A stretch of 63,657 bases of DNA, filler included, from Octopus bimaculoides (GCF_001194135.2; 5 parts of 5 records of this genome joined end to end with filler, not necessarily neighbours in it), one strand, 5' to 3'; counted from the whole stretch's first letter, positions 51,844-63,657 are shown. Made by a program: numbers and translations. Notes: generated from the letters alone by a model not told the origin.

Positions 51844-52212
51844 NNNNNNNNNNNNNNNNNNNNNNNNNNNNNNNNNNNNNNNNNNNNNNNNNNNNNNNNN
51901 NNNNNNNNNNNNNNNNNNNNNNNNNNNNNNNNNNNNNNNNNNNNNNNNNNNNNNNNNNNNNNNNNNNNNNNNNNNNNNNNNNNNNNNNNNNNNNNNNNNN
52001 NNNNNNNNNNNNNNNNNNNNNNNNNNNNNNNNNNNNNNNNNNNNNNNNNNNNNNNNNNNNNNNNNNNNNNNNNNNNNNNNNNNNNNNNNNNNNNNNNNNN
52101 NNNNNNNNNNNNNNNNNNNATATACAAATACATATATTTATTTAAGAGCCTGTGTGTAAGTACATACACACACAAACACATAAATATATATGCTTATTTA
52201 GAGGCTTGTGTG

Positions 52213-52296
<84 letters not shown>

Positions 52297-52906
52297 TATA
52301 TGTTTATGTATATGCATGCGTATATAGTTTTATATATTATTTTATTTAAAAGAGTTCCAACTCTGTTTTTTATGTTTTTTATTTATATTCTTTTAAAATT
52401 TATGTGGGATATAGAATATGGAATATATAATATATAATATAAAAAAAGATGGATGGTACAATGAAATGAAGTATTGAATGTCTTATTGAATATATGGAAT
52501 ATGTCTTATTGAATATATGAAATATTGAGTGTTCAATATAAATATATAAAGGCGAATACGTATTTTCTATACCTTGTGGTATTTCATCATGGCCGGTATG
52601 ACAGACTGTAACATATATATATATGCGTGTACGGTATATGTAGATATGCACATATTTATATATGAGTATGTATATATCTCTTATATATGCGTTTTCATAT
52701 ATATGTGTGTGCTTGTGTATTTGTAAGTGTACGTATATGTCAGTATGCCCTCTGAGAGTGCGCACGCACGCGCATGTATATGTGTAAGTTCGTGTTTTCG
52801 CGCACAGTAGTGTAGTTGTAAACAACCGATAAATTAAAGATGCTAAACCTTAAATTCTCGGTTTGATTAACCTCTTAACATTTTAATCCCGTATATTTTC
52901 GTTCAG

Positions 52907-52960
52907 AGATGTCTTGTAAATATATATTTGAACGAAAATATACGTTCAGTGTACTGTGAG
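52907..52960 (+). CDS. Candidate 54-nt phase 0-0 exon
   Basis: tattttcgttcag|RCLVNIYLNENIRSVYCE|gtatct. Only this frame is open. Confidence 0.25.
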
Positions 52961-53126
52961 GTATCTGTCACTTATTTCTAACCCGAAATACTTCGTTCAA
53001 GATGTTATTTCCGTTTTCTGTCATTAACTATCAGCAACTATTATTTCTATCAGTAACTTCTTAATAAATTATAACTGATCCAAAATAATTTGTATTTTTA
53101 TTGTTCCTTATATAGGGATTTTAAAT

Positions 53127-53606
53127 AAACAAAAGCACTCAGAGAGCGCAAACATCCGCCGAGACAACACCAACATCATCTCAACGATTAGCCAGAGATG
53201 ATTTTTAAAATGAGAATATCTGAAATAAACTCGACTGCTCTCACAAGCAAGAATAGGAAAAATGAAGCCGAATGCTCTCAAAATTTAAGCAAATATATAT
53301 ATATATANNNNNNNNNNNNNNNNNNNNNNNNNNNNNTATTAATGAGGGTAGAAATTGAAATTAATCAATTAAAACCAGTGGTCTATATATATATATATAT
53401 ATATAAGAAATATAATCTAGAATCCTTGTTCGGCCCCGAATCGATCTCAAAATCTAATCAGTTCGTACGAGTCACGAGGCCAAACATCTCTGAAAGTTTC
53501 ATCCGAATCCATCCAGCGGTTCTTGATATATCTTGTTCACAGACAAACAAAGAAACAAACACGACTGAAAATAATACCTCCACCTTCGCTAAAGCGGAGG
53601 TAATAA
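53127..53606 (+). mobile_element. Helentron/HINE-type non-autonomous element
   Basis: 5' aacaaaagcactcagagagcgcaaacatccgcc; internal aaagtttcatccgaatccatccagcggttcttga; (AAAC) microsatellite; 3' hairpin tacctccaccttcgctaaagcggaggta sharing the subterminal repeat acctccgcc. Confidence 0.7.
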
Positions 53607-53924
53607 TAGAAAATATGGTATTCTTTGCATGGAAATTGAAAAAAATATGTGTATATTGAGAGGTTAACAAGATGGCTTCATAACATTGTGGTTCTCAGTT
53701 CGATCTTAGCAGGCAATGCAAATAATGCAAAAAAAGTGGAGTATGACTTGATTAATTGAAAATTTGATGCTCACACACAGGATAATATATGTGTATATTT
53801 TATAGATACAGCAGCGACAATTATACATGAAAGGAATGAATCTACGATAATTAACCATAATGAATTCTAATTAGGACAGATGACACGTTTATTGGTTGAG
53901 CATATTATCCATTGTATCCAGCGC

Positions 53925-54100
53925 AATGGTGGAAGGGGACTAGTCGACCCCATTGTTTCACTAGTACTTAATTTATCCACCTCGAAAAGATGGAAGGCAA
54001 AGTTGACCTCGGTGGAATTTGAACTCAGAACGTACAGACGGACGAAATGACGCTAAGCATGTTGCCCGGCGTGCTTAACGATTCTGCCAGATCGCCACCT
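53925..54100 (-). mobile_element. SINE family B
   Basis: Reverse core gatggaaggcaaagttgacctcggtggaatttgaactcagaacg. Confidence 0.9.
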
Positions 54101-54317
54101 AACTGAACGTTACCGTCGTCATCATAATCATCATCATGAATGTCATAGTCGTCATCGTCATCATCACCATCATCACCATCATCATCATCATGTGCCTAGA
54201 GTAGAAAACAATACAGAGAATCTATGTTAAATTTAAATTTCTGATATTGTAATTTTTATGGCATTCACTTTTTTTTTTTGTCTCAGTATTTCAATGTTTT
54301 CGTTTAGAGTAAGGATG

Positions 54318-54520
54318 CAAGCTCGCAGAATCGTTTGCACACTGGGCGAAATACTTACCTGCATTTCGTCCGTCTTTACGCTCTAAGTACAAATTCCATC
54401 GAGATCGACTTTGGCCTTCATCCTTTCGAGATCGATAAAGTACCAGTTGAGCACTGGGATCGATCTAATCGACTTACCGCATCCTCAATTGCCGGTTTTG
54501 TGCTAAATTTGAAATCAAGG
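54318..54520 (+). mobile_element. SINE family B
   Basis: gcagaatcgtt.gcacactgggcgaaat..gatcgactttggccttcatcctttcgagatcgataaagtaccagtt. Confidence 0.9.
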
Positions 54521-55421
54521 TTTTTGTTTAGAGTTGTGGATTGCCAGAATTGTTAATGCGATATTCCGAATTCAGATTCCGCCGACGTTGATTTTACTTT
54601 TCATCATTATCAGGTTGATATCTATTGGACTCATTCTCATAGATTTAAGCACTTGTGTTAGAAATAAATATTCTTATTGTTAGAAACTGAATATCTGAAT
54701 CGGTGGAGCATTAGATAAAACGCATTTAAGCCCCAGTATCTAAAGAGTTCACAATTCACAATTCTGAGTTCACAATTCACCACGGTTGTCTTAACCTTTC
54801 ACACTACTTGAGGTGAAAAAATAAATACCTGTAATACACTGGGAACGATTTAACCAATTAAAAACAAAACAATTCCTGCGAATGTGTTGCACCACTGCTT
54901 CACAACCGGTGTTGGTTTGTTTATGTCCCAGTGACGTAGCGGTTCATAAACAAAGAGAGTGAATAGCAGACTTTAAAGGAAAACTACTGACCGCAGTCTG
55001 ATGACTAAAAGAAGTGCAAGATTAAAGATAGAAGTTATTGGATGCAATGAAATCTGCTACTTAATTTCGATTTTCAGTTTTAACTGATATTCTTGTTATG
55101 TAAGCAGCTGCAGTAGAAACAGCCACAGCCGCTGTGATTTTTCAACAACACAATTTATCAATTCGCTGCTGCACTACAAAACAAATCATTGACAGATGAC
55201 TAGATTCCAGAATAGAACAGTTTCATTGACATCCGTTTCAGCGTGAAACCTCAATGAATCTTCACAAAAAAATAATAAATAAATAGATAAATAAAATAAA
55301 ATGAATGAGAAAGCGTAATAAATAAATAAAGAAATAATAAAAAGAGAATAACAACTGGCTAAAGAATTCGGTCATTTCTTCTAATAGTGAGGTCTGTGAG
55401 TCATTTGGTTCCCTCTTGTAG

Positions 55422-55460
55422 AGCTTAACCTTATTTCCTGATTGTTTTAGTGAAGTTACG
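55422..55460 (+). CDS. Candidate 39-nt phase 0-0 exon
   Basis: ggttccctcttgtag|SLTLFPDCFSEVT|gtgagt, with a consensus donor. An alternative acceptor at 55450 would give a 10-nt exon. Confidence 0.25.
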
Positions 55461-56227
55461 GTGAGTGCGGGGTGTAAGGAGAAATTTTAAGGAGAAATTT
55501 AAACACATCAACAATAAAAAACAACCACAACAACTAGAATAACAACAAACAAATGAAACTTATGTATTGTTCAAGTAGTCAACTTAAGAATCCTACAACA
55601 TTCAACGGAGACATTTCTAAATTTCACCAGCTTGTGTGTTTAGAGTTGATTTAATTACGGACATGTTTCATGCTGTGAACGAACCGACTTCGTAACAATG
55701 TCAAGATCTTTACAACACAGTCACAGAGAAATCAATATTTATTCATTCGTAGCAAGTTTTAAGTGATAACAGCAGTACCACTTACCACCTACAGGACATT
55801 TTGAACCAATTTTTGTACTTTCATTTCCTCTTTGAAGCAAAACCAGGTCAAATGTCAAGCAGTTTGTCTAAGTGCATCTAATTGTTCTTACAAACTGAAG
55901 CAAAAGAAGAGTTTTTGCTAATTAACCACATTTAAAAAAAAAAACAAAACAAAAAAAACAAAACAAAAGAGATGCAGGGTGAGGGAGAAACAAATAAATA
56001 GTTTTTTTTTTCTTCTTCTGAAGCAGAATAAATGGTTAGTAATTCATGGTGGTGTCAGGCTGAAGTCAATCACTTAAGCCTCCAGATATTTACTACACAG
56101 TTCAACTACCTACGTAGTTCTACTACGCCACCAGCATCGTGTAATAACCAAGGAGATATGACATCACAGCAGCTGCGTTAGAGATCATACATTTCACATC
56201 ACTGTTCACATTTATAAATACTTTTAT

Positions 56228-56430
56228 CTTTTAATCGCTTCAATCATCAGACTGCGGCCATGCCGGAGCAACACCTTGAAGAATTTTTAGTCGAATATAT
56301 CGATCCCAGTACATATTATCACTATTTTAATTTTTTTTTTTTTTTGCAAACCTGGTCTTTTTTGCCGAACCGCAAGATTATTCGGACGTAAACACATCAA
56401 CACCGGTTATCATGCAGTGGTGGGAGACAG
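56228..56430 (-). mobile_element. SINE family A 3' half
   Basis: cttcaatcatcagactgcggccatgccggagcaacacc..atcgatcccag..tgccgaaccgc..gacgtaaacacatcaacaccggtt. Confidence 0.88.
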
Positions 56431-56540
56431 CCACACAGCCACGCCATAGCAAAGTATCTTTTGAATAAGGTTTGTGTTCAATCGTGTGTTACCTTTCTTT
56501 GTTTAAATGCTAAAATTTAAATATTAATCTGTAACTATGG

Positions 56541-57222
56541 TGCTAATTATCATATTAGTTTCGAATTTTTGCACAAGGCCTGCAATTATGGTGGGAAGGG
56601 TAAGTTAACTACATCAACCCCAGTGTTCAACTGGTACTTATTTTATCGCCCCCGAAATGAGGAAAAATAAAGTCGACCTCGAATTTGAACTCAGAACGTA
56701 GTGTCGGTTAAAATGTTTCGCAACATTTTGTTCGGCATGCTAACGATTCTGCCAGCTCGCTGCTCTCTTTGCTAAGTAACATATTGGTTTCAAATTTTGG
56801 CACCTGACAAAAAAATTCGAGGGAGCGATTAAGTCGATTACATCGACCTTCCAGTGCTCAGCTGGTACTTATTTTATCGACCGCGAAATGAGGAAAGGTA
56901 AAGTCGGCCTCGACTGAATTTGATCTCTGAGCCTAAGTCGAACGAAATGCCGCTTAGGAATTTTTGCTCGCTGCCTTGTTTGCTATGTATCATGGTATTT
57001 TCAAATTTTGGCTCATGGCTAGCAGGCTTGGAGAAGTCCCTGTGAAGATTAAATTGACTCCAGTGATCAACTGGTACTTATTTTATTGATCCCGAAAGGT
57101 AAAGCCAAATTCTGCAGAATTTGAACTTAGAACATAAAAGACGGACGAAATGTTGCTAAGCATTTTGTCCGGCTTGCTAACAATTCTGGCAGCTCACTGC
57201 CTATTGCTAAGTATCATATTAG
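56541..57222 (-). mobile_element. Three head-to-tail SINE family B copies
   Basis: The core actggtacttattttat..ccc.gaaa..aaagtcg.cc..gaatttga occurs three times at about 215-230 bp spacing. Confidence 0.88.
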
Positions 57223-57602
57223 TATCATATTAATTTTAGGGTAACGAACCTTGAAGAACAATAGATAATATATCCACTTACCGATTCCGCTATACAGTTT
57301 CGATTCTTGGGTGATGCTATCGCATTTCAATTATGTAGCTAATGACCATAGAAGAAAGGTGTGCCCCTCCACAAACATATACACTATTCCCCCTTTAATT
57401 TAGCGACCTTAAGATTAGTCAAAAGAAATCAATTAATTACGAGAGATTGGAAATCACCATGATGCCATTATGAGGTAAGCTCATGTAGAGCAGACTCATT
57501 GACCCAGATTTAATCACATGTTGAAGTCAATCTACTTTATTAATGTTGCTAATGACACACAAAATCACACACGTCACTCAATTATATTCTCATTTCCTAC
57601 AG

Positions 57603-57644
57603 ATTTGTAGTTTTATGTCTGAGGATTTACGTCCATGCAATTGA
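57603..57644 (+). CDS. Candidate terminal exon
   Basis: Strong acceptor attatattctcatttcctacag|. Phase 0 reads ICSFMSEDLRPCN*; a phase-2 frame is open for about 76 codons. The true frame is unknown. Confidence 0.25.
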   Translation: MCSFMSEDLRPCN

Positions 57645-59119
57645 AGGATTAACGAAAACTCATTGGGGAGAAAACGCTCTCAGTGTGGTGCATCCACGCA
57701 GCAATATGGAATCCAGGTTTGGAGGAATTTTATTTCACTTCAAATTTGCGAGTGCAGTTTTGGAAGACATGAAGACCACAACATTCCATATGCTATTCAC
57801 TAATGATTTGCAGGTTTATTCATATCAATGTTAAGATATGATACGCGATACATAATGTCTTATGAAGTTGATTTAATGTTCGAGACTGATGTCTTCTCTT
57901 ATTTAATTATTCTTATTGAAAGAAGTTTTACATAAAGCGAGTCGACAGCATGGCGGATTCGTCGCCGAACAGTCGGTGCTTGATATGTCATTACTGCACT
58001 GTAGTGTGACCGAAACCAAAATACTGAACTTCCCTTGAATAATGTCGCTTAACTGTAAAAAGATACGGTCAGAGAAAGAGACACACTCAGAGTGAGAGAG
58101 ACAGAGAAAGAGAGAGTGAAAGAGAGGAAGAGAGTGAAAGAGAGGAAGAGAGTGAAAGAGTTAGAAAGAGTTAGAGAGAAAGATAATGAGAGAGAGAGAG
58201 AGAGAGAGAGAAAAAAAAAGAGAGAGTGAGATAGAAAGTACATTTTTTACTGCTATAAAATATGGTGGAATAGTATTGTGCAATTAACAAGAGCTTTGAT
58301 AGCTCTCTTATAGAGTGGACTTCAAGCTTTCGTAATCCTTTCGGTCACGATAATGAGACTCACACCACTGCCTTCTTTTAGGTAACTCTGTTGTCCACCC
58401 GTTCATAGTGAACTTAATATAAATGAATCATTCTTAAGAGGAACCTGTAGAAAGTTGTAAAATGGCAATAGCCTTTTCTTTATATTAAGTTCTAAGAATT
58501 AACAGTTGGTTTAAACAATTTGGTGAGATTTTGAAATTAATGTGACATTAATTACTAAGGCAACATCGTTTGATGTCGCCAAGTAATTAAAAGACAGCCA
58601 CAATCAATTGTTCCGTTCAGACAGTTGATTAGTTAAAAATGAACGACGTTTCTTGTTAAGGTATTCAACTGGAAAAGCCAACTATTCTTTCTGGTTAATA
58701 AACCCTTCTACTGGCCACAGTCTTGATTGACAGTACAAAGACTCTTTGTTCTGCAAAGAGAATGAAAGGAGAGCAACAATCAGTTTGATTGCAGGTGAGG
58801 AATTATTACAACATCAATTTGTCGTTTAAGCAATAAAGTTGCAGTTTCGAATCTTTCCTTTTCTCGAGAGTTCTGTATCGAAAACGTCAGTGTAAATGTT
58901 GTATAGAATATAAGTTACATAATTTGATTAAATACGTGGCAAATTTTTATAATGTAAAAATAAAAATGGGTGCATTTTCAACTCTTGAGGATCGTTATTA
59001 TTCAATCATATGCCTGTATAATAATAATAATAATAATAATATGGTATGAAATTAATTGCATCGTTTACCTTACACAAAGTAACAGACACTCGGAACACGT
59101 TCAACAGAAACATACATAC

Positions 59120-59166
<47 letters not shown>

Positions 59167-59266
59167 NNNNNNNNNNNNNNNNNNNNNNNNNNNNNNNNNN
59201 NNNNNNNNNNTTAATTAATTAANNNNNNNNNNNNNNNNNNNNNNNNNNNNNNNNNNNNNNNNNNNN
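59167..59266. other. Artificial scaffold spacer N44-TTAATTAATTAA-N44
   Basis: Same 100-bp construct; 12-mer at 59211-59222. Confidence 0.95.
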
Positions 59267-59339
59267 TATATATATATATATATGCATGCAAATACACACA
59301 TATAGTCATATCCTTCTTTTCTTTTATTATATTATTTTT

Positions 59340-59742
59340 TCCGTCATGTGACTGCAGTCATGCTCGAGCACCACCTTTTGGTCAAGCAAATCGACCCCAG
59401 GAGTTCCAGTTTTTTTAGACTGGTACTTATTCTGTCGTTCTTCTGTGCCGAACCGCTAATTTACGGGGACATAAACACACAAACACTGGTTGTCAAGCGG
59501 TAGTGAGGGGGACAAATACAGACATAAAGGTACACCCACACACCCACACTCCCACACACACATACATACATACACACATACACATATATAATATATATAA
59601 CGGGCTTCTTTCTTTCAATTTCCGTCTATCAAAAAAACTTACAATGCTTTAGTCGGTCCGATGTTACAGTAGAAGACACTGACAAAGGTGCCACAACGTG
59701 GCTGAGAAACAAGCTTGTTACCATACAAACACGCCTGCGCCT
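59340..59742 (-). mobile_element. SINE family A, near full-length, diverged
   Basis: gactgcagtcatgctcgagcaccacc..aaatcgacccc..gccgaaccgctaa..gggcttctttc..aaggtgccac..cctgcgcct. Confidence 0.92.
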
Positions 59743-60125
59743 ATAAATAGCGACAAGTTTTGAAAAAAAAATATCCATGTAGTGAATTGTTGTAAAAAAC
59801 TAAAAATGAAAATGCACAGAAATTTTGTTGCAAAAAAATTTTAATTTAAGTTGCCTAAATATTTTCGTCGCTTTGAGACTGCGACCTCTTCACTGACAAA
59901 ACTGCGTGCTGCATGTCGGAATTTCGCTGCACAGAATTTTGTCAGTGAACAGGTCGTGGTCTCAATCTCAAAATGATAAGCATNNNNNNNNNNNNNNNNN
60001 NNNNNNNNNNNNNNNNNNNNNNNNNNNNNNNNNNNNNNNNNNNNNNNNNNNNNNNNNNNNNNNNNNNNNNNNNNNNNNNNNNNNNNNNNNNNNNNNNNNN
60101 NNNNNNTGTGTGTGTGTGTGCGTGC

Positions 60126-60158
<33 letters not shown>

Positions 60159-60716
60159 TGTGTGTGTGTATATACATACACACTACATAGGTTTAAGTAA
60201 AATATATAAGCTAAAATATAGGAAACTAAATGTTCAGCCGTTTCAGTCATTCTCGCTTTATATTTAATATCCTTACGCCAACCCACTGATGGTTTGTATA
60301 CAATATTACAAAGACACAATCATTCGTTTGTCTAAGCGAAGCATCGTTATCTATTTGGGACTGTTCCTTTGAGGACGAAAAGTGCTGTGACTTCATAATT
60401 GAAGCTGAACTAAATCAACACCTATGTTGCCACGTATTACACAACACATACGCAGATAAAGTTATGAACAGATGCACACCCAGAAACTCTCATACGATCA
60501 TGTGTGTGTGTGTACTTTGCGTATACATGTTTGGTATAAGCAGTACTTTGCGTACGTATATAAAACTATTTCCCTGCATTTACACAGTTTAGGATACATG
60601 TTTTTCTGTATGACACATACACAGACACACCCTAACACAAACGCACACACACAAACACGCACTCACACACACTCATGTTTGGTGATACAAACGGCAAAAA
60701 AAGAACAACTCCAACA

Positions 60717-60789
<73 letters not shown>

Positions 60790-60984
60790 ATATGTGTGTG
60801 TGTGTATATGTGTATGTATATATAAATGTAAGTATGCATGTATGTATGTATCAATCTAACTATAATTGATAAACAGTTCCAGACATTCGTGCGTTGGCGC
60901 GCGCGCGCGCACACACACACACACGCACACACACACACACACACACTCACACACACACAAGCACATATATATATATATATGACA

Positions 60985-61110
60985 GCCTTTTTTTCCGTTT
61001 CCGTCCACTATATCTACTCACAAGGGTATCGTGGGTCACGCAGTGGGCCCGAACCCGGAACCATGTGGGTGGTAAGCAAGGTACTTACCACAAAGCCACT
61101 CCTGCGCCTG
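60985..61110 (-). mobile_element. SINE family A 5' half
   Basis: tttccgtttccgtc..cgcagtgggcccgaacccggaaccatgtgggtggtaagc..ccactcctgcgcct. Confidence 0.9.
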
Positions 61111-62481
61111 TATGTATATATGTATATGTATCCATATGTGTGTCTTAGTGTGTGAGAGAGAGCGTGGAGAGAGAGGGTGAGATACAAATATGACATCTGC
61201 CAAATGTTCTTCCCTAATGTCATGGCAACTTAAAATAAACAGATGTTACGGATATGGTACTGGGAAGACTCTACATATCAAGCATTGTTGATAATAATGA
61301 TGATGGTGTTGATGATGATGGTTATGATAGTGATCATCATGATGATGATTGTTATGATGTTGATGGTGGTGCTGAAGCGGATAATGATGGCCGATAACGA
61401 TGAGGACGATGATGATGAAAATGTTACTGATTAAATTGATGATGGTGATGATGGGGTGGGAAGACTCTTTTCCTCTTACCTGCTTTGGTTGTATAGGCAG
61501 AATGCTCGGAAGTGGTCAATTGTTCAACACATGTGGCATCTCTTTTCGTCTGCCTGTTCACAATCACTCTCAGTTTTAACCCATTCGACAGAAAGATAAG
61601 ACCTGAAATCCCTCTTCAGCTGTTCAGTCTATGAAGATGTTGATGTTATTGTCCTTGTTACCGCTGTCCTTGTTGATGATGGTGGTGTTCTTACTACTGA
61701 TGTTGGTGTTATTTATACTATTACCGGTGATGAGGTTTAAAAACAAAAACAAAAAAAACGAAAGTAAATACATCCATTTCCTTTATTACGAGTGAATTGA
61801 CTAGAGTTAACTACGTGCCGAAGGACAGAGCAATCGCTTTTGGCTTAATATTTACAATATTCAGCACACATAACAACACGTCAAATTATATTGACGTTGG
61901 TGATGCATATCTCAAACTCAGATATTGCTTCAGCCGTAACCATCCTGCCTTTTCCCTAGACATTGTTTTACGATGATTCTATTTTTTAACAGTTTGTTTT
62001 CTTTTTATTTTCCTTTGGCAGTCGGGTGTGATTTGAAGGAATTACACACACCAAGAGACTATGCAGAGTATTTCCTCATTGTCATATTTTATTTAACAGT
62101 ACATATGAAGGTTTGGAATATTCGGGAAATGTCTACATTTGTTGTCTACACTCTAAGTAATGGATTATTATTTATGACATAGACGGGCGTTGGCATAGAG
62201 ATAAGATTTCACTATAAAAGCTAGTGACTTGGTATATGTGATTATATATGTGTATGTGTAGGGGTTGGAGCTTGGCGAAATATTTCTATACTGTCCATTT
62301 TTGTGCATGCATGTATATAGGTATGTATATATCTGTATATTTCTCTCTCTCTTTCTCTCTCTCTTTCTATCTATATATTTATACATAATTAAGGATAAAA
62401 TCAATTAATGATCTTATCAGTGGCCAGCATGTGATGAAAACCATATAGGTAAACATTAATATAAATATATAATTATACAGA

Positions 62482-62677
62482 TATAATTATAATTAAGGGT
62501 ACTGAGAAACAGAGACTAAATGCTAGAGATAGACGTCAAATGTCTCTAAAAACCACTTCAAATTACGTTCCATTAGCCTGTGCTAATGAAATGTAATTTG
62601 AAGTGGTTTTTAAATACTTTAGACGTCTATCTCTAGCATGTAGTCTCTGTTTCTCACTACCCTTAATTATAATTATA
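62482..62677. repeat. Foldback palindrome (96-bp arms, 4-nt loop), probable MITE
   Basis: Arms 62482-62577 and 62582-62677 around the loop ctgt, 8 mismatches by hand alignment. TTAA-gggt..accc-TTAA lies near the ends. Confidence 0.95.
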
Positions 62678-62691
62678 CTTATATAATTTTG

Positions 62692-62723
<32 letters not shown>

Positions 62724-62948
62724 TTCAAATTAAAACATAGGGTAAAAAATCAGATATTAACTAATATCGATTTAATACCAGGAAGCTAGCGCATTTAAAG
62801 AATCAGAGAGATTCAGAAAAAATATCTGAGATCTTAGGAGATTAAAGTATATGTTTATATATAACGATGGCCACTCATTCGACTAAAATAATTCCCAGCA
62901 TGACCCCACTGAACGAAACAAGTAAAAATTTAAGTATGCACGAGTACA

Positions 62949-63005
<57 letters not shown>

Positions 63006-63053
63006 ATCTATTCTGTGGCAGAGAGAGGGGAGAGAAGGGAGGGTGAGTGAAAT

Positions 63054-63125
<72 letters not shown>

Positions 63126-63657
63126 AGAGAATGCTTAAGGAAATCACTGAAAGGATTCAAAGACATTAAGTTGGATGATTAAGGTAAAGATGTTCTGTTT
63201 AACATGCGAAATAAGCCCTAAATGAATTCTAATTTTCTTGAGATATAACAGAACTGTTGCGGCAATTTGCAGCAATATTCAAAAACAAAGCAAAGTAATA
63301 CGAAAACAAAATCAAAAATGAATTTGTAAAGTGAATTTGCATATTTAGAGAAAGGACACGCTGAACTATGTTGGCAGATGAATGATATCTGAAGCGTTAT
63401 GCTTATGAATCTAAGTCGCATTGACAACGCAGCGCAGTTTCCAAGAATCGAATAGCCTGTAGTGTTTGGTTGAGGCCAAAGGGATTGAAATGTTTGTTCA
63501 TAATTGCCCGTTACTGCCATACAAGGATCAGACTGTTTTTTCTGTAAGAATGTAAAAGAAGAGCAAATACATATATACATTCATGCATACATGTGTGTGT
63601 GTGTATGTGCATGCATAAATATATACATATGTATATACATATGTATATATATATATA

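Noticed and set aside
55786-55894. Minus-strand segment with a good acceptor and a GTAAGT donor
   Set aside because: Stops occur in all three frames. It could only be a UTR or lncRNA exon, and nothing else supports it.
61560-61625. Minus-strand CTGAAGAG (similarly CTGATGAA at about 17610)
   Set aside because: No GAAA closing a stem II at a plausible distance.
8-63580. Most ORFs in the supplied track (poly-I, poly-Y, HT/CV/YI repeats, X-filled)
   Set aside because: They are translations of microsatellites or N gaps, with no protein-like complexity.
63218-63580. 120-aa minus-strand ORF with an acceptor near 63545
   Set aside because: No recognisable homology, no clear donor, and a T-rich composition that favours chance open frames.

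Overview
AT-rich eukaryotic genomic DNA with many assembly gaps. It is intergenic or intronic in character, dominated by microsatellites and transposon remnants. The two abundant tRNA-head SINE families and the microsatellite density fit an octopus (coleoid cephalopod) short-read assembly; this is an inference from recalled repeat families, not a database match. I recognise no intact host protein-coding gene, and nearly all ORFs in the supplied track are microsatellite or N-gap artefacts. Supportable content includes two SINE families in many copies, two Penelope-like retroelement (PLE) relics with RT-thumb and GIY-YIG motifs, and R4/Dong-type REL-endonuclease LINE fragments in (TAA)n. There are also RTE fragments, a DD37D-type and a DD34D-type mariner relic, Helitron/Helentron ends, several hammerhead-ribozyme motifs and two long foldback palindromes. 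Four artificial 100-bp N44-TTAATTAATTAA-N44 scaffold spacers are present. The best leads are: (1) a Naiad-type PLE whose TGA lies exactly at the conserved Cys of the S-x-x-C-x-x-N motif, a possible selenocysteine relic, and which also has a 5' inversion; (2) up to four type I hammerhead motifs, one with an intact catalytic core; (3) palindromic elements in TA-rich tracts; (4) a speculative chain of phase-0 small exons that would encode a short secreted Cys-rich peptide.
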